A DNA stretch of 60,923 nucleotides, filler included, from an uncultured Clostridia bacterium (lineage in GTDB: Bacteria; CAYTYR01; UBA6262): assembly GCA_964441745.1 (NCBI GenBank). It is 3 parts of 3 records of this genome, joined end to end, with 100 filler letters (N's around TTAATTAATTAA, not from the genome) between each part and the next. Parts side by side here need not be neighbours in the genome. Positions count along the whole stretch, not along the records: positions 26,334 to 52,422 come from CAYTYR010000024.1; 2 more parts are not named here. The stretch is one strand, 5' to 3'. Below the pieces are notes generated by a model. That model was not told the DNA's origin. It made no database searches and saw nothing but the letters and a program-made list of their open reading frames with translations. The first letter of the stretch is position 1. Each line of letters starts with the position of its first letter. Shown here in pieces: positions 35,981 to 46,250 of the stretch. The position numbers were made by a program, and so were the translations under genes.

Positions 35981-38731
35981 TTATTTCTTTTTACTCTTTC
36001 CTTCCACTACTGCCTGGGCGGCGGCTAACCTGGCAATAGGTACGCGGAACGGTGAGCAACTGACATAGTTCATTCCTACCCGGTGACAGAATTTGACGCT
36101 TTCCGCATCACCGCCATGTTCACCGCAGATACCGATCTTCAAGTCTTTCTTGGTCTTGCGGCCGCGCTCGATGCCCATCTTGATCAATTCGCCGACGCCA
36201 TCCTGGTCAATAGTCTGGAACGGATCATCCGGCAGGATCTTTTTCTCCAGGTAATCCGGTAAGAACCCGCCCATATCATCGCGCGAGAAACCAAAGCTCA
36301 TCTGGGTCAGGTCATTGGTCCCAAAAGAGAAGAATTGCGCTACTTCCGCTATTTTACCGCTGACTACGCAAGCTCTCGGGATTTCGATCATGGTGCCGAC
36401 CAAATGGTCAATTTTCTTTAACCCATATTTTTGCAGGACTTCCTTATATACTCTATCGACGATCTCCTTCTGATTGACGATTTCCGCTACCAGGCTGACC
36501 ACCGGGATCATGATCTCCGGCATTACCTTCTTGCCAGCTTTCAGCAATTCAGCCGCTGATTCGAATATCGCCCGCACTTGCATCTCAGTCACTTCCGGAT
36601 AGGTAATACCTAATCTGACCCCGCGATGTCCCATCATGGGATTGGACTCACGCAGTACTGAAGCGCGTTTGGACAATTCTTCCAGGCTGATATTAAGACT
36701 GGCCGCCAATTCCTGCAGTTTTTCTTTTTCATGGGGGACGAATTCATGCAATGGCGGATCCAGCAGCCTGATGGTTACCGGTAATCCTTCCATGGCCTCC
36801 AGCGTCGCCTTGATATCATTCTTGACATGCGGGAAAAGTTCGGCTAAAGCCGCCCTTCTTTCCTCCACAGTCTTGGAAACGATCATCTTGCGCAGCTTAA
36901 ATAATGGCTGTTCGCTGTTTTTACCATAGAACATGTGCTCGGTACGGAATAAGCCTATGCCTTCCGCGCCAAAAGCGCGCGCTTTGGCCGCGTCGTCTGG
37001 CGTATCGGCATTGGTCCGGACCTTAAGTTTCCTGACCGCGTCGCATACTTTCAGAAATTCATTGAGCACGGCGTTCTCTTCTGAGGCATCTACCATCGGC
37101 AGCTGCCCTTCATAGACATAACCCTTGGTGCCATTCAAGGTGATCCAATCGCCTTCTTTGAGAGTCTTCCCATTGACGATCACAGTCTTGGAGTGATGGT
37201 CCACTTGCAGCGCTCCGCAGCCGACGATACAGCATTTGCCCCAACCGCGGGCAACCAGAGCCGCATGTGAGGTCATACCACCGCGGGCGGTCAAAATAGC
37301 CTGGGCCGCTCTCATTCCTTCAACATCTTCCGGATTGGTCTCTTCGCGCACCAGGATGACTTTTTTGCCTTCCTTGTTCCAGGCCACCGCGTCAGCGGCA
37401 TTAAAAACGATCATACCTGAAGCGCCACCGGGACCGGCCGGCAATCCTTTGGCCAGCGGGGTATAGGTCTTTTCCGCTTTAGGATCGATGATCGGATGTA
37501 ATAATTCATCAAGCTGGGCCGCAGTCACTCTGGTTACAGCAATCTCTTTGGTGATCAATTTTTCTTTGACCATATCAGCGGCCATTCTTACTGCCGCCGG
37601 ACCGTTCCTCTTGCCAATACGGCATTGCAGCATATACAACACGCCTTTTTCAATAGTGAACTCAATATCCAGCATATCGTGATAATGTTTTTCCAGTCTT
37701 TGCTGGATATCATCCAATTCTTTATAGATCCTGGGCATTCCTTTGGCCAGGATGACCAGGTCTTTATTATGTTCGCTTTGGCTATATTCATTGATCGGTG
37801 CCGGGGTACGTGTTCCGGCGACCACATCTTCACCCTGGGCATTGACCAGGTATTCACCATAGAATTTGTTGGTGCCATTACCAGGATCGCGGGTAAAGGC
37901 CACGCCAGTAGCGCTGGTATCGCCCATATTGCCAAAGACCATCGCTTGTACGTTCACGGCAGTTCCCCATTCATCCGGGATTCTCTCGATACGACGGTAG
38001 CTGATCGCTCTCTTCCCATTCCAGGAAGCGAATACAGCGCCGACCCCGCCCCATAGCTGTTTCATCGGATCATCGGGGAAGCTGCTGCCCAGGACTTGCT
38101 GAATTTTAGCCTTGAATTGCGCGCACAGGTCTTTCAGGTCATTAGCATCAAGATCAGTATCAGCCGTAGCGCCTCTCTGGCGTTTCTTCTCGGCCATCAG
38201 TCCTTCTAATTGTTTACGGATACCGGTTTCGCCTACCGGCTCAATGCCCGCGGCTTTTTCCATAACCACGTCGGAATACATCATGATCAGGCGGCGGTAA
38301 GCGTCATAGACAAAACGTTCGTTGCCATTGGTTTGTTTGATCATTCCCGGGATAGTTTTTTCAGTTAAGCCGACATTCAAGACAGTTTCCATCATGCCGG
38401 GCATTGATTTACGGGCACCTGAACGGACCGACACCAGGAGCGGATTTTCCGCGTCGCCGAATTTCTTGCCCATTAATTTTTCTATTCTAACCAAAGCAGT
38501 TTCTACTTCTTTAGCCAGGGTTTTAGGATAGGACCGCTTATTGGCATAATAATAGGTGCAAACTTCCGTAGTCAGAGTAAATCCCGGAGGTACGGGTAGT
38601 TTTAGCTTGGGATGGCCGGCCATTTCCGCCAGGTTAGCGCCTTTGCCTCCCAGCAGGTTTTTCATGCTTTCATTGCCGTCACCCTTGCCGCCTCCAAAAA
38701 AATAAACATACTTCTTGTTCTTTGCTGCCAT
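35981..38731 (-). CDS. ppdK: pyruvate, phosphate dikinase
   Basis: LLGGKGANLAEM, SVRSGA..SMPGMM, GGMTSHAA (phospho-His), SFGTNDLTQ and GICGEHGG motifs. Confidence 0.98.
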   Translation of the reverse strand: MAAKNKKYVYFFGGGKGDGNESMKNLLGGKGANLAEMAGHPKLKLPVPPGFTLTTEVCTYYYANKRSYPKTLAKEVETALVRIEKLMGKKFGDAENPLLVSVRSGARKSMPGMMETVLNVGLTEKTIPGMIKQTNGNERFVYDAYRRLIMMYSDVVMEKAAGIEPVGETGIRKQLEGLMAEKKRQRGATADTDLDANDLKDLCAQFKAKIQQVLGSSFPDDPMKQLWGGVGAVFASWNGKRAISYRRIERIPDEWGTAVNVQAMVFGNMGDTSATGVAFTRDPGNGTNKFYGEYLVNAQGEDVVAGTRTPAPINEYSQSEHNKDLVILAKGMPRIYKELDDIQQRLEKHYHDMLDIEFTIEKGVLYMLQCRIGKRNGPAAVRMAADMVKEKLITKEIAVTRVTAAQLDELLHPIIDPKAEKTYTPLAKGLPAGPGGASGMIVFNAADAVAWNKEGKKVILVREETNPEDVEGMRAAQAILTARGGMTSHAALVARGWGKCCIVGCGALQVDHHSKTVIVNGKTLKEGDWITLNGTKGYVYEGQLPMVDASEENAVLNEFLKVCDAVRKLKVRTNADTPDDAAKARAFGAEGIGLFRTEHMFYGKNSEQPLFKLRKMIVSKTVEERRAALAELFPHVKNDIKATLEAMEGLPVTIRLLDPPLHEFVPHEKEKLQELAASLNISLEELSKRASVLRESNPMMGHRGVRLGITYPEVTEMQVRAIFESAAELLKAGKKVMPEIMIPVVSLVAEIVNQKEIVDRVYKEVLQKYGLKKIDHLVGTMIEIPRACVVSGKIAEVAQFFSFGTNDLTQMSFGFSRDDMGGFLPDYLEKKILPDDPFQTIDQDGVGELIKMGIERGRKTKKDLKIGICGEHGGDAESVKFCHRVGMNYVSCSPFRVPIARLAAAQAVVEGKSKKK

Positions 38732-38852
38732 TGCTTCTTTTCCTCCTTTTTATTTTTAGAATATACTTAATAAAGATGCCCCGATGGACATCGGGGTAAA
38801 ATTACCGCCATTATTAGCTGTAATTTTCTGTTCCGCTGTTACATTTTTTAGA

Positions 38853-38881
38853 ATTATAGCATATTTTTTCAGCAATGTAAA
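38853..38881 (-). promoter_or_regulatory. sigma70 promoter for ppdK
   Basis: TTTACA, 17 bp, TATAAT with an extended TG. Confidence 0.65.
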
Positions 38882-38887
38882 GACTTA

Positions 38888-41011
38888 TCAGGCCGCGCTT
38901 ATCACTAATTTGGAGATATCCGCGATCAGCTGGAATAAGCCGGTTACCTCCTTTAATAACATCAGGCGGTTAGTCATTAGTTGACGATCCTCTACCATCA
39001 CCATGACCTGTTCAAAGAAGGTATCAATATCGGGGCGTAAGCTGACCAGCCGGCGCAAAGCTTCAGTATAATTCCCTTTACCCAAGTACTGCTCTGTTTC
39101 AGCTTTGATCTCCATGAATTTATGATATAGCTTCTTTTCCGCTTCTTCCACCAGCCTGGTTTCATCTAATTTTTCACCTTCACCAAGCAGTTTCTTATCC
39201 CGGGCCTGCTTCAGGATATTATTAGCCCGTTTGAACCCGGCAGTGATCGGCTCGAAATCAGGTAAAGGCCGTAATTCCTGCAGGGCTTGCGCTCTTTTCA
39301 GGGTGTGATCCACTTCACTATATCCGACATCAAGCGCCGCGGCTATTTCATCATACGCCAGTTTATATGGCTCAAAGCCGAAAATATATTCTATTCTTTC
39401 CCGGAAGAATTTCCAGACTTTATTCAGTAATTCCCCGGTATCAACCACGGCGATCCCGCTTTCCTTAAGTATCCTGATCTCTTTTTCGATCAATTCAAAT
39501 AAAGAGAAATTCCAATGATTATCGAGCAAGATACGGATTATGCCCTGGGCCTGACGGCGCAAACCAAAAGGATCGCCACTGGAATCAGGGATCAAGCCAA
39601 TTGCAAAATCACTGACAATAGTATCCATTTTATCAGCTAGGCTGACGATAGAGCCATTGATCGTTTTAGGCAAGGGGCCAGAGATAGACAGCGGCAGGTA
39701 ATGATCATAGATTCCTTGTGCCACTTCGTCTTTTTCACTATATTTGAGCGCATATTCCCGGCCAATAATTCCCTGCAGTTCCGGGAATTCCTTGACCATT
39801 TCAGTGACCAGGTCTGCCTTACTGAGCAAGGCTGTACGCCGTACATCATTCAGATTATAACTGGTAAAAGGCAGTTGGGCGCAGATGTATTCGCTCAGTT
39901 TGATCACCCGTTCAGTCTTGTTATATAAACTGCCCAGTTTTTCTTGGAAAGTGACCCCTTTGAGCTTCTCCACGTTCTCTTCCAAGTGGGCCTGGGTATC
40001 TACCTTATAGAAAAACTCCGCGTCCTCCAGGCGAGCGGCCAGCACCCGTTCATAACCGGCCCGCACCACCGCGTTGGCTTTGGGGTCGCCATTGGATACG
40101 CCGATGAAATACGGCGCCAGCTTCCCTTTAGCGGTCACCAGCGAGAAGTATTTCTGGTGGTGCCGCATGCAGGTGATCAGCACCTCTACCGGCAGGTTGA
40201 GGTATTTTTCGTCGAATGTGCCCATGACCGCGGTCGGAAATTCGGTCAGGTTGGTGACGGTATCCAGCAGATCATAATTAGCCAGGTCCGGCTCGATCTG
40301 GCCCTTATTTTTCGATAATTTATCCAGTTGGGATTCGATGATCTTCTTTCTCTCTTCCTGGCTGACAATGACTTTGGCCCGGGCCAGGGTTTTAACGTAG
40401 CCGGGAATGCTCTTGATAACGATCTCTTTATTGTTGGCCAGTATCAGGTGTCCCCGGCTCTTATTGCCGGCGGTAATATCGCCCACTTTTATTTTCAAAA
40501 CCTGGCTACCCCATAACGCCACCAGGTAGCGCAAGGGCCGGGCAAAACGCAGGTTACCCGCCTGCCAGCGCATGGTCTTGGGAAAATACAGCTTCTGGAC
40601 CAGGGCCGGCATTTCCTGCAACAGGATATCCCTGGTCGGACGGCCCTTTTTGGTTTGGGAAAAACAGAGATATTCCCCCTTTTCCGTTTTCTTTAATTTC
40701 AGTAATTGGGGTTTGATGTTTTGTTTCTTGGCGAAACCGATGGCGGCCTGGGTCAAATTACCTCGTTCGTCATAGGCCACGCTTTTGGGCGGCCCGGTGA
40801 CCTCGTTATGCTGGTCGGCCTGTTTCTCCTCCACACCCGTGGCGATCAGCGCCAGCCGGCGCGGGGTGCCCAGGGTCGTAATTTTTACCGCCTGTATATT
40901 TTCCGCCGTCAACAGGGCGGTAAAATCCTTTTGTAGCTGGTGTAACGCGGCATTAAGGTATCCTGCCGGTATTTCTTCTGTTCCTATTTCTAGTAAGAAG
41001 TCTTTGGCCAT
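38888..41011 (-). CDS. glyS: glycine--tRNA ligase beta subunit
   Basis: LLEIGTEEIPA, TPRRLA, MRHHQKYF, EFPELQG and DPFGLRRQA motifs. Confidence 0.97.
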   Translation of the reverse strand: MAKDFLLEIGTEEIPAGYLNAALHQLQKDFTALLTAENIQAVKITTLGTPRRLALIATGVEEKQADQHNEVTGPPKSVAYDERGNLTQAAIGFAKKQNIKPQLLKLKKTEKGEYLCFSQTKKGRPTRDILLQEMPALVQKLYFPKTMRWQAGNLRFARPLRYLVALWGSQVLKIKVGDITAGNKSRGHLILANNKEIVIKSIPGYVKTLARAKVIVSQEERKKIIESQLDKLSKNKGQIEPDLANYDLLDTVTNLTEFPTAVMGTFDEKYLNLPVEVLITCMRHHQKYFSLVTAKGKLAPYFIGVSNGDPKANAVVRAGYERVLAARLEDAEFFYKVDTQAHLEENVEKLKGVTFQEKLGSLYNKTERVIKLSEYICAQLPFTSYNLNDVRRTALLSKADLVTEMVKEFPELQGIIGREYALKYSEKDEVAQGIYDHYLPLSISGPLPKTINGSIVSLADKMDTIVSDFAIGLIPDSSGDPFGLRRQAQGIIRILLDNHWNFSLFELIEKEIRILKESGIAVVDTGELLNKVWKFFRERIEYIFGFEPYKLAYDEIAAALDVGYSEVDHTLKRAQALQELRPLPDFEPITAGFKRANNILKQARDKKLLGEGEKLDETRLVEEAEKKLYHKFMEIKAETEQYLGKGNYTEALRRLVSLRPDIDTFFEQVMVMVEDRQLMTNRLMLLKEVTGLFQLIADISKLVISAA

Positions 41012-41890
41012 TTATTTCTTCCCTTTCTTCAGTAAAGGATGACCCAGGTCTTGGCGCAGTTTCAAGTATTCCTCGGCGCAACCGCGGGCTAGGTTCCTTA
41101 CCCGGCCGATATAATTGGTCCGTTCCGAAACGCTGATCGCCCCGCGGGCTTCCAGCAGGTTGAAGGTATGCGAACATTTTAAGACATAATCATAAGCCGG
41201 TAATACCAGGTTAGCGCTGCTCAAACGCAGGCATTCTTTTTCGTATTGTTCAAAAAGCTTGGCTAGCATCTTGATATCCGCTTCTTCAAAATTATGTTTG
41301 GAATACTGGACTTCATTTTGGTGATAGATCTCACCATAAGATATGCCGTTTCCCCATTCCACATCATAGACATTTTTCTTTTTCTGGATATACGCGGCCA
41401 GCCGTTCCAGACCGTAGGTGATCTCAGCAGTAATGGGATTAAGCTCAATACCTCCCACTTGCTGGAAATAAGTGAATTGGGTAATCTCCATGCCATCCAG
41501 CCACACTTCCCAGCCCAGGCCACTGGCTCCCAGCGTCGGTGATTCCCAGTCATCTTCCACAAACCTGATATCATGCTGTTTGGGGATGATACCCACCGCT
41601 TTCAGACTGCCGAGATACATTTCCTGTATCTTTTCCGGAGCCGGTTTAATAATTACCTGGAATTGGAAATAATGCTGCAAACGGTTAGGGTTCTCCCCAT
41701 ACCGGCCATCGGTCGGCCGGCGGCACGGTTCGACATAACAGACCGCCCAGGGTTCCGGACCAAGCGCCCGGAGAAAGGTCGCTGGATTAAAAGTCCCGGC
41801 GCCTACCTCCAAACCATAAGGTTGCACCAGCAAGCAGCCCTTTTCCATCCAGTATTTTTGTAAAGTAGTGACAATCTGTTGAAAATTCAT
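41012..41890 (-). CDS. glyQ: glycine--tRNA ligase alpha subunit
   Basis: [24 protein letters not shown] and [10 protein letters not shown] motifs. Confidence 0.98.
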   Translation of the reverse strand: MNFQQIVTTLQKYWMEKGCLLVQPYGLEVGAGTFNPATFLRALGPEPWAVCYVEPCRRPTDGRYGENPNRLQHYFQFQVIIKPAPEKIQEMYLGSLKAVGIIPKQHDIRFVEDDWESPTLGASGLGWEVWLDGMEITQFTYFQQVGGIELNPITAEITYGLERLAAYIQKKKNVYDVEWGNGISYGEIYHQNEVQYSKHNFEEADIKMLAKLFEQYEKECLRLSSANLVLPAYDYVLKCSHTFNLLEARGAISVSERTNYIGRVRNLARGCAEEYLKLRQDLGHPLLKKGKK

Positions 41891-41989
41891 CTATTCTCCT
41901 AACTGTTAATCTTGGTTGTCATAATCACCAACGCAAGCTTTTCCGTAATTATTATCGCCGGCCAGCGGAATTTCGCGGATTTACGGCAG

Positions 41990-42766
41990 TTAACTCTTGT
42001 TAACTGCCGCATAAAAGAATTCCTGGCAATTAAAGGAGCGCCCGGAAATGAATTGCAGATATTTTTCCAGCAGGATCTTGATCGCCAGCTTGGTTTCAGC
42101 TGTCAGGTCAATATCCAGTAATTGCGGCAGAGCGCTTTTTTGCAGCAACCGCAGCTTAGCCCAAACATCCGGGTTGAGTGCAAACACATAGTCTGAGCTC
42201 TTCAAACAAGCGCGGCAGGTGATGCCGCCATCCGGCAAGCTAAACACAATGGACTTATTCATAGCTGGTTTTTCTTTACAATGGATACAATATTCTAATG
42301 ATAATTTATAACCGCTGTAATCTAGGATCTTCAAGACAAACCAATTCCAAAGCGACAGATAATTCTCCCGGGTCTTCAAGACCCCCGCGTCCATCAAACT
42401 AAAACTTTTGCCTAATAAATTAAAAATATCCTGGTTAGCCTCGCGGTACCCACTGAACTTGTCTACGAGTTCCAAGAGGTAAGAAGCCATGCCATATTTA
42501 AAATAACTCTCCCGTAAGGAATAAAAAGGATGCATCACCTGGCAGCCGGTCAACCGGGCCAGATCTTTATCAGTCTTAGAGAACAGCATCACTTGATTAT
42601 GGGTAAACATCTCCAGGCTCGCCCCATACCTGGCTTTAACTTTGCGCAAACCCTTAGCTACTACTTGCACCTTACCCCAGTCCCGGGTATACAGCGTGAT
42701 CAGTGAATCTGCTTCACGCAGTTTTTTGGTCCGCAGGACAATGGCTTCAGTTTTGGTAAAACCCAT
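41990..42766 (-). CDS. recO: DNA repair protein RecO
   Basis: N-terminal OB fold (AIVLR..EADSLITLYT..GKV..VAKG) and a CxxC...CxxC zinc finger; upstream of glyQ. Confidence 0.93.
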   Translation of the reverse strand: MGFTKTEAIVLRTKKLREADSLITLYTRDWGKVQVVAKGLRKVKARYGASLEMFTHNQVMLFSKTDKDLARLTGCQVMHPFYSLRESYFKYGMASYLLELVDKFSGYREANQDIFNLLGKSFSLMDAGVLKTRENYLSLWNWFVLKILDYSGYKLSLEYCIHCKEKPAMNKSIVFSLPDGGITCRACLKSSDYVFALNPDVWAKLRLLQKSALPQLLDIDLTAETKLAIKILLEKYLQFISGRSFNCQEFFYAAVNKS

Positions 42767-42776
42767 CTTACCCTCG

Positions 42777-42854
42777 GCGGATAGCGGGTAGCGGATAGCG
42801 GATAGTTATTAGTTTCGCCTTGCCTATACGCTCTACGCTATACGCTTAACGCTA
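42777..42854. repeat. inverted heptamer-repeat element, family B
   Basis: gcggatagcgggtagcggatagcggatag paired with ctatacgctctacgctatacgcttaacgcta. Confidence 0.85.
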
Positions 42855-42861
42855 TTTTCAT

Positions 42862-44121
42862 TTATCCAGTAAAAGAAACCACCACCAGGATCACTGACAG
42901 CAGCACTAACAAGCCGGTAATGATCCAGGCAATATAGTTGTATAATTTCGTATTAACATATTTTCCCATGATCCTGGAGTTATTAATCAACAACATCATA
43001 AAGATCATGATCACCGGCAATAGAAAACCGTTAACCGCTTGAGACATAACCATGATCGTGACCAGGGGGGCTTTGGGCCAAAGGATCAAGGCTCCGCCAA
43101 CAACGATCATCGCAGTGTAGATATTAATAAATTCCGGAGCTTGTTTATAGGTCCGATCCACTCCCTGCTCCCAGCCGAAAGCCTCGCAAACAGCATACGC
43201 GGTAGAGAGCGGGATAATACAGACAGAAAAAAGCCCCGCATTAAAAAGTCCGATGGCAAACATGATAGACGCATATTTACCGGCCAAAGGCGCCAGCGCT
43301 ACCGCAGCATCGGCCGCAGTGTTTACCTGGATATTATGAATGAATAAAGTAGAAGCACAAGCTATGATTATAAAGAAAGCGACAATATTTGTAACTGCCG
43401 TGCCGAATATAATATCCACTTTTTCGTAAAAATAATCTTTTATTTTTAGTTTCTTATCCACTACTGCCGCCTGCTGGTAAAACTGCATCCAAGGCGCGAT
43501 CGTGGTCCCGATCACGGCGATAGCCAGGATAATATAATCTTTTTTAAATTGCAAACTGGGGATAGCTATGCTCTTAAAGGCTATACCCCAGGCTGGTTTG
43601 GCCATAAATCCGGAAATCACATAGGTAATATATATAAAACAGCCAAAGAGAAATATTTTTTCTACTGTCTTATATGTTCCTTTCAAGATCAAATACCAGG
43701 CAAAAAATCCCGCTAAGGGCACGGAAATATAACGGCTGATACCAAATATTTCCAGGCTGGCGGCCACACCGGCAAAATCACCGACTGTATTTGCTAAATT
43801 AGCAACGATCAGGATAATCATGGCAAAAAAGGTGATCCTGAATCCGTATGCTGCCCGGATCAATGAAGCCAATCCTTTACCAGTTACCATCCCCATCCTG
43901 GCGCACATTTCCTGGACCATATAGAGGCAAACAGCAATGACCGGCAGGAGCCAAAGGAGTCCATACCCGTAATTAGCGCCGGCCACGGAATAGGTGGCGA
44001 TACCGTTAGCATCATTGTCGACGCTGGCGGTAATAATGCCTGGCCCCATCACGGCTAGAAATAAGGCTATTTTTGTCTTAAAACTTAATGATCCGTTTTT
44101 TTTAGCAACAACCTGTTCCAC
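42862..44121 (-). CDS. NRAMP-family divalent metal transporter (NRMT/Mg2+-type motifs)
   Basis: GPGIITASVDNDANGIATYS in place of the DPGN motif, GTTIAPWMQFYQQ, about 11 TM segments. Confidence 0.88.
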   Translation of the reverse strand: MEQVVAKKNGSLSFKTKIALFLAVMGPGIITASVDNDANGIATYSVAGANYGYGLLWLLPVIAVCLYMVQEMCARMGMVTGKGLASLIRAAYGFRITFFAMIILIVANLANTVGDFAGVAASLEIFGISRYISVPLAGFFAWYLILKGTYKTVEKIFLFGCFIYITYVISGFMAKPAWGIAFKSIAIPSLQFKKDYIILAIAVIGTTIAPWMQFYQQAAVVDKKLKIKDYFYEKVDIIFGTAVTNIVAFFIIIACASTLFIHNIQVNTAADAAVALAPLAGKYASIMFAIGLFNAGLFSVCIIPLSTAYAVCEAFGWEQGVDRTYKQAPEFINIYTAMIVVGGALILWPKAPLVTIMVMSQAVNGFLLPVIMIFMMLLINNSRIMGKYVNTKLYNYIAWIITGLLVLLSVILVVVSFTG

Positions 44122-44136
44122 AATAACCTCAAGAAT

Positions 44137-44292
44137 AAATTCTAATTTCTAATATCGAAATACTAAAACAAATTCTAAGCACGAATATCTAAACTCTAAA
44201 CAAGTTCAAATTTCTAAATTCCAATTTCCTAAACGTTTTGTATTTTGAGATTAGATATTGTTTAGGATTTAGATATTAGGATTTAGTATTTG
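44137..44292. repeat. inverted heptamer-repeat element, family A
   Basis: aaattctaatttctaatatcgaaatactaaa...tctaaactctaaac paired with gtttaggatttagatattaggatttagtatttg. Confidence 0.8.
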
Positions 44293-44294
44293 CT

Positions 44295-44897
44295 TTAAAG
44301 ATTGTACATATATTTGACCAATTTTTTGGAAATATCCAGTTTTAAGTGTTTCATTCTCTTATCATACTGTTTAATATGGTCCCACATGATTATATTTTCT
44401 ACGATCTTGCGCCGGAAAAGGTTGACCAGCTTGAATATTTCCCGTTCCGGGCCCAGGCGCTGCAGCATGCTGTTGATATCCGCCTGCACCCCAATGATGC
44501 GCAATTTTCCCCGCTGAATGTGCAGAGCTACATCATTGACCCGGAATAAATGTTTGCCATACCGGTCCACAATCTCTTCGTCCATAATATCCCGGTAGAT
44601 AAAAAGCTCATTAGACTCGACCGCGCTGGAAACCATTTCCTCCAGAAAAATATTCAGGTAGATCGCTTTTTTAGAAAGGCAGGCGACATCGTCCCAGGGG
44701 ATAACCAGTAATTCCTTTGTTTTGAACATGTTAAATCCCCGTTTGCTCTTGTTGGGAATCACTATTAAATTCTTTACCGGCGGGAATTCTTCACCCATCT
44801 GGATGGTCATGTCCTTGATCTTACCAACCTTAATATTCCCGGCGCTGATCACCGGTTTACCGACAAAATCAGCATAGAAACTGGATGACTTCTTCAT
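44295..44897 (-). CDS. PRC-barrel protein resembling the N-terminus of soluble MgtE-like proteins
   Basis: GKPVI..VGKIKD, IPWDDV and RDIMDEEIVDRYGKHLFRVNDV motifs; no CBS pair. Confidence 0.7.
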   Translation of the reverse strand: MKKSSSFYADFVGKPVISAGNIKVGKIKDMTIQMGEEFPPVKNLIVIPNKSKRGFNMFKTKELLVIPWDDVACLSKKAIYLNIFLEEMVSSAVESNELFIYRDIMDEEIVDRYGKHLFRVNDVALHIQRGKLRIIGVQADINSMLQRLGPEREIFKLVNLFRRKIVENIIMWDHIKQYDKRMKHLKLDISKKLVKYMYNL

Positions 44898-46162
44898 GCC
44901 TTGGGCCCTTCAGTAGCTTCTTTTTTCACTTTCAAGGTAATAATTCTCCGGCGATTTGTTTCCACTATTGTAAATTTCAGGTCCTTGTAGCTGATCTCTT
45001 CATCTTTACGGGGTACCCGCCCCAAGAGATCCACCACAAAGCCGCTGACCGTATTAAAATCTTCGCTGGGTAAGTTTATTTTGAGCTTTTCGTTTACTTC
45101 ATAAATATTCATTTTGCCGTCTATCTGTACTGAACCGTCGCCCATTGGCTCGAGGCTCAAGTCTTCAATATCGTATTCATCCAGGATATCCCCGACAATC
45201 TGCTCGACCAGGTCTTCCATCGTGATCAGGCCGCTGGGCACTCCGTATTCATCCACTACGACAGCCATATGCTGATGCCCTTTCTGCATTTGCCGCAGCA
45301 GGTTGTTCACCTTTTTGGTTTCCGGCACAAAATAGACCGGGCGAATCAGGTCCTGGATCACGATCAACTCATTACAGCGCCAGGCATTGAGCAAATCCTT
45401 GACATGGATAATACCGATAATATTATCCAAATTACCTTGATAAATAGGAACACGGGAATGCCCAGCCTCCACCACCAAGTCAATAAATTTATCTTTTTCC
45501 AGGGTGATATCCACACACTCCATGTCGATCCTGGGGATCATGATATCCCCAGTCACCTTATCGCCGAATTCCAGCACCCCGTGGATCATTTCTTTCTGGT
45601 CTTTGCCCAGCACTCCCTCACGGACACCTTCTGAAACCAGGAAACGGATCTCCTCATCCTTGTCAAAAAGCATATCCCGCTTAATGTTGCCACCTAGCAT
45701 CTTGACTAAAGGATTAGTGACAAAGATCAAACCCTTGATCAGCGGTTCCAGCAGGTAATGCACAAGCACTACTAATTTTATGGTCCACACAGCCACGACT
45801 TCAGGCAGATGCTTGGCAAAGGTCTTTGGCGTGATTTCTCCCAGGATTAAAATAACCATCGTTATCAGAATCGTAGCCAAAACAGTCGCCCATTCTTTCG
45901 TAATATACAAGCTACTGGAAAAATTAACCGCCAGGTAAGTGGTCAATGCTGCAGCAGCCAAATTCACAATATTATTGCCGACTAAGATAGCGGCTAATAT
46001 TTTATTAGGATGGTCCATCCACATCTGCAGGGACTTAACCTTTTTTTCTTCGATCAAAGTCTTGATCCGGTAACGGTCCAAGCTGGTCAAAGCTGTCTCG
46101 GTAGCAGAGAAAAAGAAACTGCCCAATAAAAGAATAACTAAAATAATAAAGCTGATAAACAT
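44894..46162 (-). CDS. CNNM/HlyC-CorC family transporter (DUF21-CBS-CorC)
   Basis: FFSATETAL, ILVGNNIVN, GEITPK, GHSRVPIY and VVDEYG...EDLVEQIVGDILDEYD motifs. Confidence 0.93.
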   Translation of the reverse strand: MFISFIILVILLLGSFFFSATETALTSLDRYRIKTLIEEKKVKSLQMWMDHPNKILAAILVGNNIVNLAAAALTTYLAVNFSSSLYITKEWATVLATILITMVILILGEITPKTFAKHLPEVVAVWTIKLVVLVHYLLEPLIKGLIFVTNPLVKMLGGNIKRDMLFDKDEEIRFLVSEGVREGVLGKDQKEMIHGVLEFGDKVTGDIMIPRIDMECVDITLEKDKFIDLVVEAGHSRVPIYQGNLDNIIGIIHVKDLLNAWRCNELIVIQDLIRPVYFVPETKKVNNLLRQMQKGHQHMAVVVDEYGVPSGLITMEDLVEQIVGDILDEYDIEDLSLEPMGDGSVQIDGKMNIYEVNEKLKINLPSEDFNTVSGFVVDLLGRVPRKDEEISYKDLKFTIVETNRRRIITLKVKKEATEGPKA

Positions 46163-46175
46163 AGGACCTCTGGAC

Positions 46176-46247
46176 TAGCGTTAAGCGGGTAGCGGGTAGC
46201 GTATAGGAAAGCTCTTCTAAACGCTGTACGCTATACGCTGCACGCTG
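46176..46247. repeat. inverted heptamer-repeat element, family B
   Basis: tagcgttaagcgggtagcgggtagcgtatag paired with ctaaacgctgtacgctatacgctgcacgctg. Confidence 0.85.
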
Positions 46248-46250
46248 TAT

